Positions 44,501 through 57,616 of a DNA stretch of 64,000 bases are shown in pieces. The DNA is from Macrostomum lignano. Its lineage: Eukaryota. The stretch is taken from the NCBI GenBank assembly GCA_002269645.1, contig NIVC01000962.1:306756-370755 (forward strand), read 5' to 3'. The notes under the pieces are model-generated. The model did no database searches. It saw only the letters and a program-made list of their open reading frames with translations, and had not been told where the DNA came from. The translations under genes and the position numbers were made by a program. Each line of letters opens with the position of its first letter. Position 1 is the stretch's first letter.

Positions 44501-47500
44501 GTCTGGTTTAAACTGTGTTTATGAAGGTTTAATCTGTGTAGAGTGTGGTTAAGGATGTTTACTCTGTCTACATTGTGTTTATGGAGGTATAATCTGGTTT
44601 AGAGTGTGTTCCAGAGGCGGATCGGGCAGCACTGCAATGCAATATTCGCAGGCCAATCTCAGACCTCAGGCACAGGTGGCCAAATTAACCAATTAGCCAA
44701 CCCAGGGCGGCAAGGTGCAAATTTGTGGCAGGCGAGAGAAAGCAGTGAAGCTTTAATTCGCTGAATAAATATTAACTGCAATATTTTTGCTGTAATTGAT
44801 ATGTCAGATTAGCTATGAAAATTTCAGAAAGGATGGGGTTACCGAGCCACTCGAGTTAGAGGTGAATTTTTAATGACAGATTAATTTGCGCACCTGGCAT
44901 TAAGAATGAATATTTGTGTGCACGCGACTTTTGCGAAGCCTGCGTCGTGCAAAGGTAAATAAAAAATTGGTCACGGGTAGATGGCAGGGGTCGTACAGGT
45001 ACTAAGGCAGTAGGGTACAGTGTAGATGCTTGGTAGTCTACAGCAGAAGGTAGATTGCAGGCTAAATATGCTGAGGGTACACAAATAGCGGACAGAGAGG
45101 GTAGATCAGACAGGGTAGATAGGGAGGGTAGACAGGCACAATCTACAGAAAGGTAGATAGAGAGGGTAGACAGGCACAATCTACAGAAAGGTAGATAGGG
45201 AGGGTAGACAGGCACAGTCTACAGAAAGGTAGATAGAGAGGGTAGACAGGCACAATCTACAGAAAGGTAGATAGAGAGGGTAGACAGGCACAATCTACAG
45301 AAAGGTAGATAGAGAGGGTAGACAGGCACAATCTACAGAAAGGTAGATAGGAAGGGTAGACAGGCACAATCTACAGAAAGGTAGATAGGAAGGGTAGACA
45401 GGCACAATCTACAGAAAGGTAGATAGGAAGGGTAGACAGGCACAATCTACAGAAAGGTAGATAGGAGGGTAGACAGGCCCGCACCTGCTGTACAGCAGCC
45501 GCTTGAAGTCCTGGTACAACGTGTCCTTGTTCTTGTCCAGAAAGTTCTCCACTGAGTACACCACGGCTCCAGCGTAATGGGTGATGCGGAAGTCCCTCTC
45601 GTGCTGCATCGCCTTGTCGGCCGGGCTCAGCTTCCGGCTGTCGAAGTGCGGGCTAGGCCGCTGCTGGAACTCGCGCTCGCAGCGGGCGAGGAACTCGCGG
45701 TCGGTGAGCTGGCCGGGGCGCAGGCAGGTCTCGTCCAGCAGGGCGAACAGGCCGCTGGTGGGCCGGTCGATGAGCTCGCAGATTGGCTCGTTGTTGAAGT
45801 ATTGAATCTGCGAGCGGGGCAGGGTTTGGGGGTCAGTTATGCTCCTTTTGCTTGATGGGTCACTTAGGATTAAATGGGATCACGTAGGATCAATTGGGAT
45901 CACGTAGGATCACGTAGGATCAATTAGAATCGCGTAGGATCAATTAGGATCACGTAGGATCAATTAGAATCCCGTAGGATCAATTAGGATCACGTAGGAT
46001 CAAATGGGGTCACTTAGGAGCAATGGGGGGCAATGTAGGGTCACTAAGAGTCAGTTAGGGTCTCTGAGAGTCCGTTAGGGTCACTGAGAGTCAGTTAGGG
46101 TCACTAAGAGTCAGTTAGGGTCACTGAGAGTCAGTTAGGGTCACTGAGAGTCAGTTAGGGTCTCTGAGAGTCATTTAGGGTCACTGAGAGTCATTTAGGG
46201 TCACTGAGAGTCAGTTAGGGTCACTGAGAGTCATTTAGGGTCACTGAGAGTCAGTTAGGGTCACTGAGAGTCATTTAGGGTCACTCTGAGTCAGTTAGGG
46301 TCACTGAGAGTCAGTTAGGGTCACTGAGAGTCAGTTAGGGTCACTGAGAGTCAGTTAGGGTCACTGAGAGTCATTTAGGGTCACTGAGAGTCAGTTAGGG
46401 TCACTGAGAGTCATTTAGGGTCACTCTGAGTCAGTTAGGGTCACTGAGAGTCAGTTAGGGTCACTGAGAGTCAGTTGGGGTCACTGAGAGTCAGTTAGGG
46501 TCACTGAGAGTCATTTAGGGTCACTGAGAGTCATTTAGGGTCACTGAGAGTCAGTTAGGGTCTCTGAGAGTCAGTTAGGGTCACTGAGAGTCAGTTAGGG
46601 TCACTGAGAGTCATTTAGGGTCACTGAGAGTCAGTTAGGGTCACTGAGAGTCATTTAGGGTCACTCTGAGTCAGTTAGGGTCACTGAGAGTCAGTTAGGG
46701 TCACTGAGAGTCAGTTAGGGTCACTGAGAGTCAGTTAGGGTCACTGAGAGTCATTTAGGGTCACTGAGAGTCAGTTAGGGTCACTGAGAGTCATTTAGGG
46801 TCACTCTGAGTCAGTTAGGGTCACTGAGAGTCAGTTAGGGTCACTGAGAGTCAGTTGGGGTCACTGAGAGTCAGTTAGGGTCACTGAGAGTCATTTAGGG
46901 TCACTGAGAGTCATTTAGGGTCACTGAGAGTCAGTTAGGGTCTCTGAGAGTCAGTTAGGGTCACTGAGAGTCAGTTAGGGTCACTGAGAGTCATTTAGGG
47001 TCACTGAGAGTCAGTTAGGGTCACTGAGAGTCAGTTAGGGTCACTGAGAGTCAGTTAGGGTCACTGAGAGTCAGTTAGGGTCACTGAGAGTTAGTTAGGG
47101 TCACTGAGAGTCAGTTAGGGTCACTGAGAGTCATTTAGGGTCACTGAGAGTCATTTAGGGTCACTGAGAGTCATTTAGGGTCACTGAGAGTCAAATGTGG
47201 TCACTGAGAGTCAGTTGGGGTCACTGAGAGTCAGTTAGGGTCACTGAGAGTCAGTTGGGGTCACTGAGAGTCAGTTAGGGTCACTGAGAGTCAAATGTGG
47301 TCACTGAGAGTCAGTTGGGGTCACTGAGAGTCAAATGTGGTCACTGAGAGTCAGTTGGGGTCACTGAGAGTCAAATGTGGTCACTGAGAGTCAGTTGGGG
47401 TCACTGAGAGACATTCAGAAATATGCAACCGAAAAGCAATGGAAGCCAGCCAGTGTGAAGCAATGTTCTGCAGGCAAGAACTTGTCGCGTAACTGCTGTG

Positions 47501-48568
47501 TCAAATTCAAATAATCTGTTATAAACAAAAGCCAAGTTAAAAACGGGGCACCCCTCAAGGCTTACCAATCTTGTCAGAATAACTTTCTCAGCGAAGCCGC
47601 TGGGTACAGGGCCTTACGATGTTCAAAGTTTTGCTAATGACATCGCGCTAAGCGTTTCACTGTTTCACTGCATCATGAAATGCCTTAAAGTTGGTTTGCA
47701 GTCTGCATAGAGCCAAGTGAAACTGACTGCATTGAGGGGCGGGAGAGCAACAAGAGGGCAAGAGATAAGGGAGAGAGAGAGAGGCTATAAAGGGAAAATA
47801 ATGAGATTAGAATGGAGCGGGGAGATGGGGAGGGAGAGACAGAGACTGGGGGGCAGAGGGAGGACGGAGAGAATGAGTGGGAAGGGAGAAGTGGATCGGG
47901 AGGGAGAGAAGGGGTGGGAGGGAGAGAAGGGGGTGGGAAGGGAGAAGTGGATCGGGAGGGAGAGAAGGGGTGGGAGGGAGAGAAGGGGGTGGGGAGGGAG
48001 AAGTGGATGGGGAGGGAGAGAAGGGGGTGGGAGGGAGAGAAGGGGTGGAAGGGAGAAGAGGTGGAAGGGAGAAGGGGTGGAAGGGAGAAGAGGTGGAAGG
48101 GAGATAAGTGAGGTTAGAAGAAGGCCAAGAACAGATGCATGAAAAGAGCAGAGCAAAGATTCAGGTGACGTGAGCACAGACTCAGAACACACCTGAACGC
48201 ATTAACTAAGCAGCGCTAATCAAGACAGACGGCATTCAATAACCACACAGTCCTGCATAAGCCTTATTAGCTCGCACAAAAAACAAAAACTGTAAAAGGA
48301 GATCAAGACGGCGGGAACCGCCCATATCCGCTCTCGAATCCACATCTCTTCCAATTCATTTCTCTCCCGCATTCGCTCACTTGACACGCCCAAAACCTGA
48401 TCCACAAGGCAATGGATGGGCAGGAGGCGGTCACGCCGCTCCCGAGAGAGGAAGATCAAAACGGCACGGGTCGGAAAAGCCTCGACAAAAAAGCAGCAGA
48501 GCTGTCACGCGAGTTCAACAGAGAGCGCATAGCAGACACAATAGAGTGCTCAAACAGGCAGAGACAGG

Positions 48569-48664
<96 letters not shown>

Positions 48665-51600
48665 TAAGCAATAAACTAAACAATGAACTCAGCTTAGAAG
48701 TGTACGCTGGGGACCCTCAACTACATTTCACGCAGTAATAAATGCAGAATGGCTCGCACAATATCTTCACCACACCGAACATTGAATAGCTGGGAGGCCA
48801 AGTGGCTGAGGGTGAGACAGGAATTCCAGGCGTGCCAATTGACTGCTCAGCTTTGAGTTGTGCTCTGCGGTATTCACTAGGCAAAGTGCTCAGAGAATTC
48901 TGGTACTGGTCAACTGCTGATGCCTACGGTGGAATACAGCGTTTTGGAGAGGAGAGAAGAGATGTGGTGGAGTTGGGACGGAGAAAATGGAATAGGGGAG
49001 GAGAGGGAGAGAAGGGAGAGGCACAGAAGGGAGAGACACAGAAGCGAGAGGCACAGAAGGGAGAGGCACAGAAGCGAGAGGCACAGAAGCGAGAGGCACA
49101 GAAGGGAGAGGCACAGAAGGGAGAGGCACAGAAGGGAGAGGCACAGAAGGGAGAGGCACAGAAGGGAGAGGCACAGAAGGGAGAGGCACAGAAGGGAGAG
49201 GCACAGAAGCGAGAGGCACAGAAGCGAGAGGCACAGAAGGGAGAGGCACAGAAGGGAGAGGCACAGAAGGGAGAGGCACAGAAGGGAGAGGCACAGAAGG
49301 GAGAGGCACAGAAGGGAGAGGCACAGAAGCGAGAGGCACAGAAGGGAGAGGCACAGAAGGGAGAGGCACAGAAGCGAGAGGCACAGAAGGGAGAGGCACA
49401 GAAGCGAGAGGCACAGAAGGGAGAGGCACAGAAGGGAGAGACACAGAAGCGAGAGGCACAGAAGGGAGAGGCACAGAAGGGAGAGGCACAGAAGCGAGAG
49501 GCACAGAAGGGAGAGGCACAGAAGGGAGAGGCACAGAAGGGAGAGGCACAGAAGCGAGAGGCACAGAAGGGAGAGGCACAGAAGGGAGAGGCACAGAAGG
49601 GAGAGGCACAGAAGCGAGAGGCACAGAAGGGAGAGGCACAGAAGGGAGAGGCACAGAAGCGAGAGGCACAGAAGGGAGAGGCACAGAAGGGAGAGGCACA
49701 GAAGGGAGAGGCACAGAAGGGAGAGGCACAGAAGCTAGAGGCACAGAAGGGAGAGGCACAGAAAGGAGAGGCACAGAAGGGAGAGGCACAGAAGCGAGAG
49801 GCACAGAAGGGAGAGGCACAGAAGGGAGAGGCACAGAAAGGAGAGGCACAGAAGGGAGAGGAAGCGATAAGTGATCTGAGAATGCGAGCTGTAAATGACA
49901 TTCGTAGAAGAAGAAATTCAAGAATATCAGCAAAGCCTAAAACCATCAAAGAAAAGCACAAAAAGTGAGGCGGTGCCTCACTAGCGAGCAAAGGCTGCAG
50001 TTGTAGCAGCAGTCAACCTTATCAGCAAGAGCTGCAGAAAATCTTGTTCTAAACTTAACCGGCTTGCTTATCTTAAAAAACAGTCTGTTTCTCCGGTGCT
50101 AAACAGACAGCATGGAGCCCCCCAAAATTACGACTATTGCCAAAATAAAAGAGCTTTATGAATGAAACGTCTATTTGCAGAATTTAGAATTAAAAAAAGC
50201 CAGGGGCAATGATATAAACAAATGCTCTAAATATGGAGTCCAGGCGAAATGGAAGGAGAGAGGCGAATAGGTGAGGCATTACAGAATAAGAGGGAGTGCC
50301 GAAGGGAGAGAGGAAGGGAGAGAGAAGAAGAGAGGAAGGAAGAGAGGAGGAGAGAGGAGTGGAAAGAGGAAGGGAGAGAGGAAGGGAGAGGAAGGGAGAA
50401 AGGAAGGGAGAGAGGAAGGGAGAGAGGAAGGGAGAGAGGAAAGGAGAGAGGAAGGGAGAGAGGAGGGGAGAGAGGAAGGGAGAGAGGAGGGGAGAGAGGA
50501 AGGGAGAGAGGAAGGAGAGAGGAAGGGAGAGAGGAAGGGAGAGGAAGGGAGAGAGGAAGGGAGAGAGGAAGGGAGAGAGGAAGAGAGAGAGGAGGGGAGA
50601 GAGGAAGAAGAGAGGAATGGAGAGAGGAAGGGAGAGAGGAATGGAGAGGAAGGGAGAGAGGAAGGGAGAGAGGAAGAAGAGAGGAATGGAGAGAGGAAGG
50701 GAGAGAGGAATGGAGAGGAAGGGAGAGAGGAAGGGAGAGAGGAAGAAGAGAGGAAGGGAGAGAGAAGAAGAGAGGAAGGAAGAGAGGAGGAGAGAGGAGT
50801 GGAGAGAGGAAGGGAGAGAGGAAGGGAGAGGAAGGGAGAGAGGAAGGGAGAGAGGAAGGGAGAGAGGAAGGGAGAGAGGAAGGGAGAGAGGAAGGGAGAG
50901 AGGAGGGGAGAGAGGAAGGAAGAGAGGAAGGGAGAGAGGAAGGGAGAGAGGAAGGGAGAGAGGAAGGGAGAGAGGAAGGGAGAGAGGAGGAGAGAGAGGA
51001 AGGGAGAGAGGAAGGGAGAGAGGAAGGGTGAGAGGAAGGGAGAGAGGAAGAAGAGAGGAATGGAGAGAGGAAGGTAGATAGGAAGGGTGAGAGGAAGGGA
51101 GAGAGGAAGAAGAGAGGAATGGAGAGAGGAAGGGAGAGAGGAATGGAGAGGAAGGGAGAGAGGAAGGGAGAGAGGAAGAAAGAGAGGAAGGGAGAGAGGA
51201 AGGGAGAGAGGAAGGGAGAGAGGAAGGGAGAGAGGAAGGGAGAGAGGAGGGGAGAGAGGAAGGGAGAGAGGAAGGGAGAGAGGAAGGGAGAGAGGAAAGG
51301 AGAGAGGAAAGGAGAGAGGAAGGGAGAGAGGAAGGGAGAGAGGAAGGGAGAGAGGAAAGGAGAGAGGAAGAAGAGAGGAAGAAAGAGAGGAAGGGAGAGA
51401 GGAAGGGAGAGAGGAAAGGAGAGAGGAAGGGAGAGAGGAAGGGAGAGAGGAAGGAGAGAGGAAGGGAGAGAGGAAGGGAGAGAGGAAAGGAGAGAGGAAG
51501 GGAGAGAGGAAGGGAGAGAGGAAGAAGAGAGGAATGGAGAGAGGAAGGGAGAGAGGAATGGAGAGAGGAAGGAGAGAGGAAGAGAGGAAGGGAGAGAGGA

Positions 51601-54600
51601 AGGGAGAGAGGAAAGGAGAGAGGAAGGGAGAGAGGAAGGGAGAGAGGAAGAAGAGAGGAATGGAGAGAGGAATGGAGAGAGGAATGGAGAGAGGAAGGGA
51701 GAGAGGAAAGGAGAGGAAGAAGAGAGGAATGGAGAGAGGAAGGGAGAGAGGAATGGAGAGAGGAATGGAGAGAGGAAGGAGAGAGGAAGAGAGGAAGGGA
51801 GAGAGGAAGGGAGAGAGGAAAGGAGAGGAAGAAGAGAGGAATGGAGAGAGGAAGGGAGAGAGGAATGGAGAGAGGAATGGAGAGAGGAAGGAGAGAGGAA
51901 GAAGAGAGGAAGGGAGAGAGGAAGGGAGAGAGGAAGGGAGAGAGGAAGGGAGAGAGGAAGGGAGAGAGGAGGGGAGAGAGGAAGGGAGAGAGGAAGGGAG
52001 AGAGGAAGGGAGAGAGGAAAGGAGAGAGGAAGAAGAGAGGAAGGGAGAGAGGAAGGGAGAGAGGAAGGGAGAGAGGAAAGGAGAGAGGAAGAAGAGAGGA
52101 AGAAAGAGAGGAAGGGAGAGAGGAAGGGAGAGAGGAAAGGAGAGAGGAAGAAGAGAGGAAGGGAGAGAGGAAGGGAGAGAGGAAGGGATAGAGGAAAGGA
52201 GAGAGGAAGGGAGAGAGGAAGGGAGAGAGGAAGGGAGAGAGGAAGGGAGAGAGGAAGGGAGAGAGGAAGGGAGAGAGGAGGGGAGAGAGGAAGGGAGAGA
52301 GGAAGGGAGAGAGGAAGGGAGAGAGGAAAGGAGAGAGGAAGAAGAGAGGAAGGGAGAGAGGAAGGGAGAGAGGAAGGGAGAGAGGAAAGGAGAGAGGAAG
52401 AAGAGAGGAAGAAAGAGAGGAAGGGAGAGAGGAAGGGAGAGAGGAAAGGAGAGAGGAAGAAGAGAGGAAGGGAGAGAGGAAGGGAGAGAGGAAGGGATAG
52501 AGGAAAGGAGAGAGGAAGAAGAGAGGAAGAAAGAGAGGAAGGGAGAGAGGAAGGGAGAGAGGAAAGGAGAGAGGAAGGGAGAGAGGAAGGGATAGAGGAA
52601 GGGAGAGAGGAAGGGAGAGAGGAAGGGAGAGAGGAAAGGAGAGAGGAAGGGAGAGAGGAAGGGAGAGAGGAAGAAGAGAGGAATGGAGAGAGGAAGGGAG
52701 AGAGGAATGGAGAGAGGAAGGAGAGAGGAAGAGAGGAAGGGAGAGAGGAAGGGAGAGAGGAAAGGAGAGAGGAAGGGAGAGAGGAAGGGAGAGAGGAAGA
52801 AGAGAGGAATGGAGAGAGGAAGGGAGAGAGGAATGGAGAGAGGAAGGGAGAGAGGAAAGGAGAGGAAGAAGAGAGGAATGGAGAGAGGAAGGGAGAGAGG
52901 AATGGAGAGAGGAATGGAGAGAGGAAGGAGAGAGGAAGAGAGGAAGGGAGAGAGGAAGGGAGAGAGGAAAGGAGAGGAAGAAGAGAGGAATGGAGAGAGG
53001 AAGGGAGAGAGGAATGGAGAGAGGAATGGAGAGAGGAAGGTAGAGAGGGAGAGAGGAAGGGAGAGAGGAAGGGAGAGAGGAAAGGAGAGGAAGAAGAGAG
53101 GAAGGGAGAGAGGAAGGGTGACAGTGAAAAGACCAAAGAGATCAACTCTGATTCAAAACTAAACTCGAGCTACCGGGCAGCAGAGGCAACTCACATGCTC
53201 CCACTGGATGCCTTCCCTCTCGTACTCCTCCTGCTCCTGCTTGAGGATGAGCTCGATAAACAGCTGCTGCAGGCGCTCGTTGCAGTAGTTGATGCAGAAC
53301 TGCTCGAAGCTGCAAAATCAGAATTAAGAATTTTGTGTTTTATTTGTTTTTAAAGATCAATAAAAACTATACTTAAAACCCAATGGTCCTAAAACTGAAG
53401 AGACGGAAGCGACTCAAACCTGAAGCCTGAAGAATTCAAACCTGAAGTGACTCAAACCTGAAGCGACTCAAACCTGAAGCGACTCAAACCTGAAGCGACT
53501 CAAACCTGAAGCGACTCAAACCTGAAGCCTGAAGCGACTCAAACCTGAAGCGACTCAAACCTGAAGCGACTCAAACCTGAAGCGATTCAAACCTGAAGCG
53601 ACTCAAACCTGAAGCGACTCAAACCTGAAGCGATTCAAACCTGAAGCGACTCAAACCTGAAGCGACTCAAACCTGAAGCCTGAAGCTACTCAAACCTGAA
53701 GCCTGAAGCTACTCAAACCTGAAGGACTCAAACCTGAAGGACTCAAACCTGAAGGACTCAAACCTGAAGGACTCAAACCTGAAGGACTCAAACCTGAAGG
53801 ACTCAAACCTGAAGGACTCAAACCTGAAGGACTCAAACCTGAAGCCTGAAGGACTCAAACCTGAAGCCTGAAGGACTCAAACCTGAAGCCTGAAGCTACT
53901 CAAACCTGAAGGACTCAAACCCGAAGCCTGAAGCCCCACCCAAAGCCCCAGTCCCCAACCTGTTAATCTCGAAGATCTCGAACCCGTAGATGTCGAGAAT
54001 GCCGATGGCCCGCCGTTTGTCGCCGTCGCTGCCGAAGTGGCCAGCGGCAGCCAGCGCCGAGTTCACTTTCTCGAAGACGAAGTTGAACAGGCGGTCGTAG
54101 ATGGCCTTGGCCAGGGCGTCCCTGGCGTAGGTGGCCTGCGGCAAGTCGTAGGCCTTATCGACCGAGTCGCTGGCCGTCACAATGCGCCGGGAGGTCAGCG
54201 CCTTGACAAGGCCGTCGGGCGGCACTCTGAGCAGGCCGGCGAGCTGCGCCACGGCCTGGCGGCACGAGGACTTCACCCGAACCGAGCTGTTGCTCCGGTC
54301 CTCCGGGTCGGCCTCGTACTCCATGTTGCCCTGCGAGTTTGAGTAACCCCCGAATTAGGCTGCCCGTTCAATGGGATTCGAGTTCAGGACCAACAGTGGC
54401 AGGCGACTCACCAGCAGCATGACGGCAGCGGTGACCCTCAGGCAGCTGTCCTTCTCGTCCGATGAGAACTGAACGGAGTCCATGGCCTGCGTCACTTTGC
54501 GGAAGTTGGCGGCGTCCTCCTTCTGAAGGGAGGCGGGTGTGGTCAGTGAGCAAATCTGTGTGGTGAATCCGTGAGTGAGTGATTGAATCAAACCTGAAGT

Positions 54601-57600
54601 GATTAAAATCCATGAGTGATGAATCCGTGAGTGATTGAATCCGTGAGTGAGTGAATCCGTGAGTGAGTGAATCCGTGAGTGAATCAGTGAGTGAATCAGT
54701 GAGTGAATCAGTGAGTGAATCAGTTAGTGAATCGGTCAGATAGGTATGTAAATCAGTGAGTTTGGTGAGTGAGCCAGCGAGATCGGTGAGTGAGTCAGTG
54801 AATCGGTGAGCGAGTCAGTGAATCGGTGAGCAAGTCAGTGAATCGGTGAGTGAGTCAGTGAGATCGGTGAGTGAGTCAGTGAGATCGGTGAGTGAGTCAG
54901 TGAATCGGTGAGTGAGTCAGTGAGATCGGTGAGTGAGTCAGTGAATCGGTGAGTGAGTCAGTGAATCGGTGAGTGAGTCAGTGAATCGGTGAGCAAGTCA
55001 GTGGATTGGTGAGTGAGTCAGTGAGATCGCTGAGTGAGTCAGTGAATCGGTGAGTAAGTCAGTGAATCGGTGAGTGAGTCAGTGAATCGGTGAGTGAGTC
55101 AGTGAATCGGTGAGTGAGTCAGTGAATCGGTGAGTGAGTCAGTGAATCGGTGAGTGAGTCAGTGAATCGGTGAGTGAGTCAGTGAATCGGTGAGTGAGTC
55201 AGCTCACCCCCAGCGCAGCGCAGCCGCCCTGCACCAGATACGCGAAGTCGCGCAGGGAGCCCTGCGGCAGGCCCAGCCGTTTTCTTTCCGTCTCGGGCAG
55301 CCCCGCCAGCATCTGGTAGAAAATGTGAAAGTTGCGCTCCCCAGACTGCTGGTGCACAACGCGGCTCTTCTCCAGCAGGTAGTTCCGCATGCTGCCACCG
55401 GCGGGGTCGCCTTTGAAGTCGAACATGATGTCCATGTACTTGCCGAACCGGCTGGAGTTGTCGTTCCGCGTTGTCTGCGCGTTGCCGTAGGCCTCCAGCA
55501 GGCTGGTGGACTGGATGAGGATCTCCGCCACCCTGGATGAGGATCATTGTGTGAGTCATCGGAGTGCTGGGATCATTGTGTGAGTCATCGAGTGCTGGGA
55601 TCATTGTGTGAGTCATCGGAGTGCTGGGATCATTGTGTGAGTCATCGGAGTGCTGGGATCATTGTGTGAGTCATCGGAGTGCTGGGATCATTGTGTGAGT
55701 CATCGAGTGCTGGGATCATTGTGAGTCATCGAATTTGGGTCATAGAATCGGGGGCATTGTGGGTCATAGAATCGGGAGCATTGTGGGTCATACATGTATA
55801 ATCTGGAGCATTTTGGGTCATAGAATCGGGAGCATTGTGGGTCATAGAATCGGGAGCGTTGCGAGTCACAAGAAGATTTCTAATACAGAAATGAAAGCCA
55901 ATATCGACAGTCGCATTATATAGAAAATAAAAGCACAGAACTTGGTCAGTGAGTTTGAATAAGTGCAGACTTCCTCACAAGGCCTGAGTCACAAGCCGTG
56001 AGCTGCCAGTCCCATAGCCGGGTCAGGGCGTGCAGATTGCGCAAAAACTGCAACCACCTTCCCTCAGCTAATAGACGGAGACCGGAAAACCTGGGGCATA
56101 AAAATTGCAACATTTTCGCTACATTTCAATTTGCTGCATTCGAGTCCGAGAAATGAATGAGCGCCTTGGGCCGCACACCTCATTTCTTCATCTTTTAGTT
56201 TTACTTTTCAGATTGTTTTGTTTTAGTTTTCGTCGCGATTGTTGTTTAGTATAGTGGAAGAAAAATGAAACTACTACAGTTAATAAAAATTTAAATACGC
56301 ATTTAATCATAAAGCTATAACAAAAGTACACATCAATAAGACAACTCTCGTATCATTGTACTTCGTGTTAGATTTTTGTTTCATTTTTTAAGTACATGTG
56401 CACTTTTGTCGGAGAAAAGTCAAAGTCTGAATAATATTGCATTAAAAAGGCTTAGAGACTTTTCATCGAGCAAATATTAGTACACATGTACTTTTTGTCT
56501 AAAAGTACACAGCAGTACTAACCGATCCACCTGAGCTCGAACTCGCTGCCGATCGATCGATCGACTCTGCCGGGAGCCGGCGGGTGCGGCCCCAGCACCG
56601 AAGGCGGCATTGTGGGCTAAATACTGCAGAATGACTTTGCTGGCCTCTGTCTTGCCAGAGCCGCTCTCACCGGAGATCAGAATGCAGGTGTCCTGCCCGA
56701 ATCTGGCCAGAGTTTTGTGCGCCGTGTCCGCCACCCAGTAGATGTGCGGCGGCCGCTCGTAGCGCTCTCGGTTTCGATAGTCCGCAATGTACTTTTCAGT
56801 GTAGAGCTGCAGGTCTCGATAGGGGTTCACGGAGACCAGAATCTCGCCAATATAGGTGTAGATCTTGTTCTTAGCGAATCTATGATGGTTTTAATGTTCA
56901 AAGTACAGTTATGGGACCAAGTTTGCTAAAATAAGCAGATATCAATTTTTCAATTCACATTTAAGTAAAAGCCAAACCCAAAGGCTGAATTACTTCTTTT
57001 GACTAAAATGCAAGTATGCATAAAAAATATTTATTTCAATCAAAATTAACGAAATTTATAACAAAATTTTACATTTTTTGTCTTAAAATGAACTAAAATT
57101 ACATCAAGTAAGTATAAAGTTAACAAATCGAATAAGTAAGTTTTAAAAGCTAAAATCTAAAATTCAATAAACCATTTAAATAGAGCAACTTTTTTAAATC
57201 TACTGCTAAGTAAATACTGATAATAAATATCCTCTTTTATCAAAGAATTGCAGCCTAATTTTTTGGTAACTAAATTAGGTATAGTCCAAAACATCTTCCA
57301 TACATATTTCTTTAATCTTCAACACTACAAATCTTCAACACTACAAAAAATTAAATGAACAAAATACAGCCTTTCATAATAAAGAGAACTAAAAATTATT
57401 AGCTACATTTCAACTGGTTAAAGTAAGTCTTTGCTTCACGTTTTTATCAAGAAAACAGCGGAAAAAATATGCGTAAAACGGCACTTATATTGTGCCAGGA
57501 TGGCGGTTGTGGACTCACCGTTCTTGAAGGTTTTCGACAATGTCCTCGTTGGTAAGAGAGTCGTATAAAATAAAATCAGATATTCCAACTCTATCTTCGT

Positions 57601-57616
57601 TGCTCTGCCCTTCCAT
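38538..57616 (-). CDS. MYO1D: Unconventional class I myosin, MYO1D/Myo31DF type, about 1039 aa. Exons 57519-57616, 56523-56879, 55208-55532, 54412-54522, 53960-54330, 53195-53309, 45485-45807, 42635-43154, 39604-40248, 38538-38792
   Basis: P-loop [12 protein letters not shown]; [21 protein letters not shown]; LDIYGFE; [12 protein letters not shown]; [30 protein letters not shown]; [10 protein letters not shown]; IQ region followed by a TH1 tail ([10 protein letters not shown]...VEWP...RWRA) typical of MYO1D/G. All nine introns are GT-AG and frame-consistent. Confidence 0.92.
38850..39600. repeat. 22-bp C-rich minisatellite in MYO1D intron 9
   Basis: Unit ATCCGCCCCAATATCCGCTCCC. Confidence 0.93.
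40625..42615. repeat. 21-bp (40625-40895) and 20-bp CT-rich (41660-42615) minisatellites in MYO1D intron 8
   Basis: Units GGTGAGAACTGTGAGATCAGG and TCCCGTCCCTTCATCTCCCT. Confidence 0.93.
43160..45480. repeat. 33-bp (43160-44510) and 38-bp (45095-45480) minisatellites in MYO1D intron 7
   Basis: Units GAGCGTGTGTTTATGGAGGCCGGGTCTGGTCCA and AGACAGGCACAATCTACAGAAAGGTAGATAGAGAGGGT. Confidence 0.95.
45865..47410. repeat. 20-bp minisatellite in MYO1D intron 6
   Basis: Unit TCACTGAGAGTCAGTTAGGG, about 68 copies from 46040, preceded by a GGATCACGTA-type repeat. Confidence 0.96.
47770..53120. repeat. Purine-rich repeat complex in MYO1D intron 6: GA-rich 47770-48115, (GA)n 48570-48660, 15-bp unit 49010-49860, 12-bp unit 50290-53120
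   Basis: Units GAGGCACAGAAGGGA and GAGAGGAAGGGA. Confidence 0.95.
53410..53930. repeat. 16-bp minisatellite in MYO1D intron 5
   Basis: Unit GCGACTCAAACCTGAA. Confidence 0.95.
54610..55870. repeat. 20-bp minisatellite (54610-55200, MYO1D intron 3) and 28/29-bp minisatellites (55540-55870, intron 2)
   Basis: Units GTGAGTGAGTCAGTGAATCG and GGATCATTGTGTGAGTCATCGGAGTGCTG. Confidence 0.93.

Noticed and set aside
48802-53353. EAQKG-, RERH- and ERG-repeat ORFs, including the 972-aa minus-strand ORF
   Set aside because: Low-complexity repeat translations within MYO1D intron 6, open on both strands.
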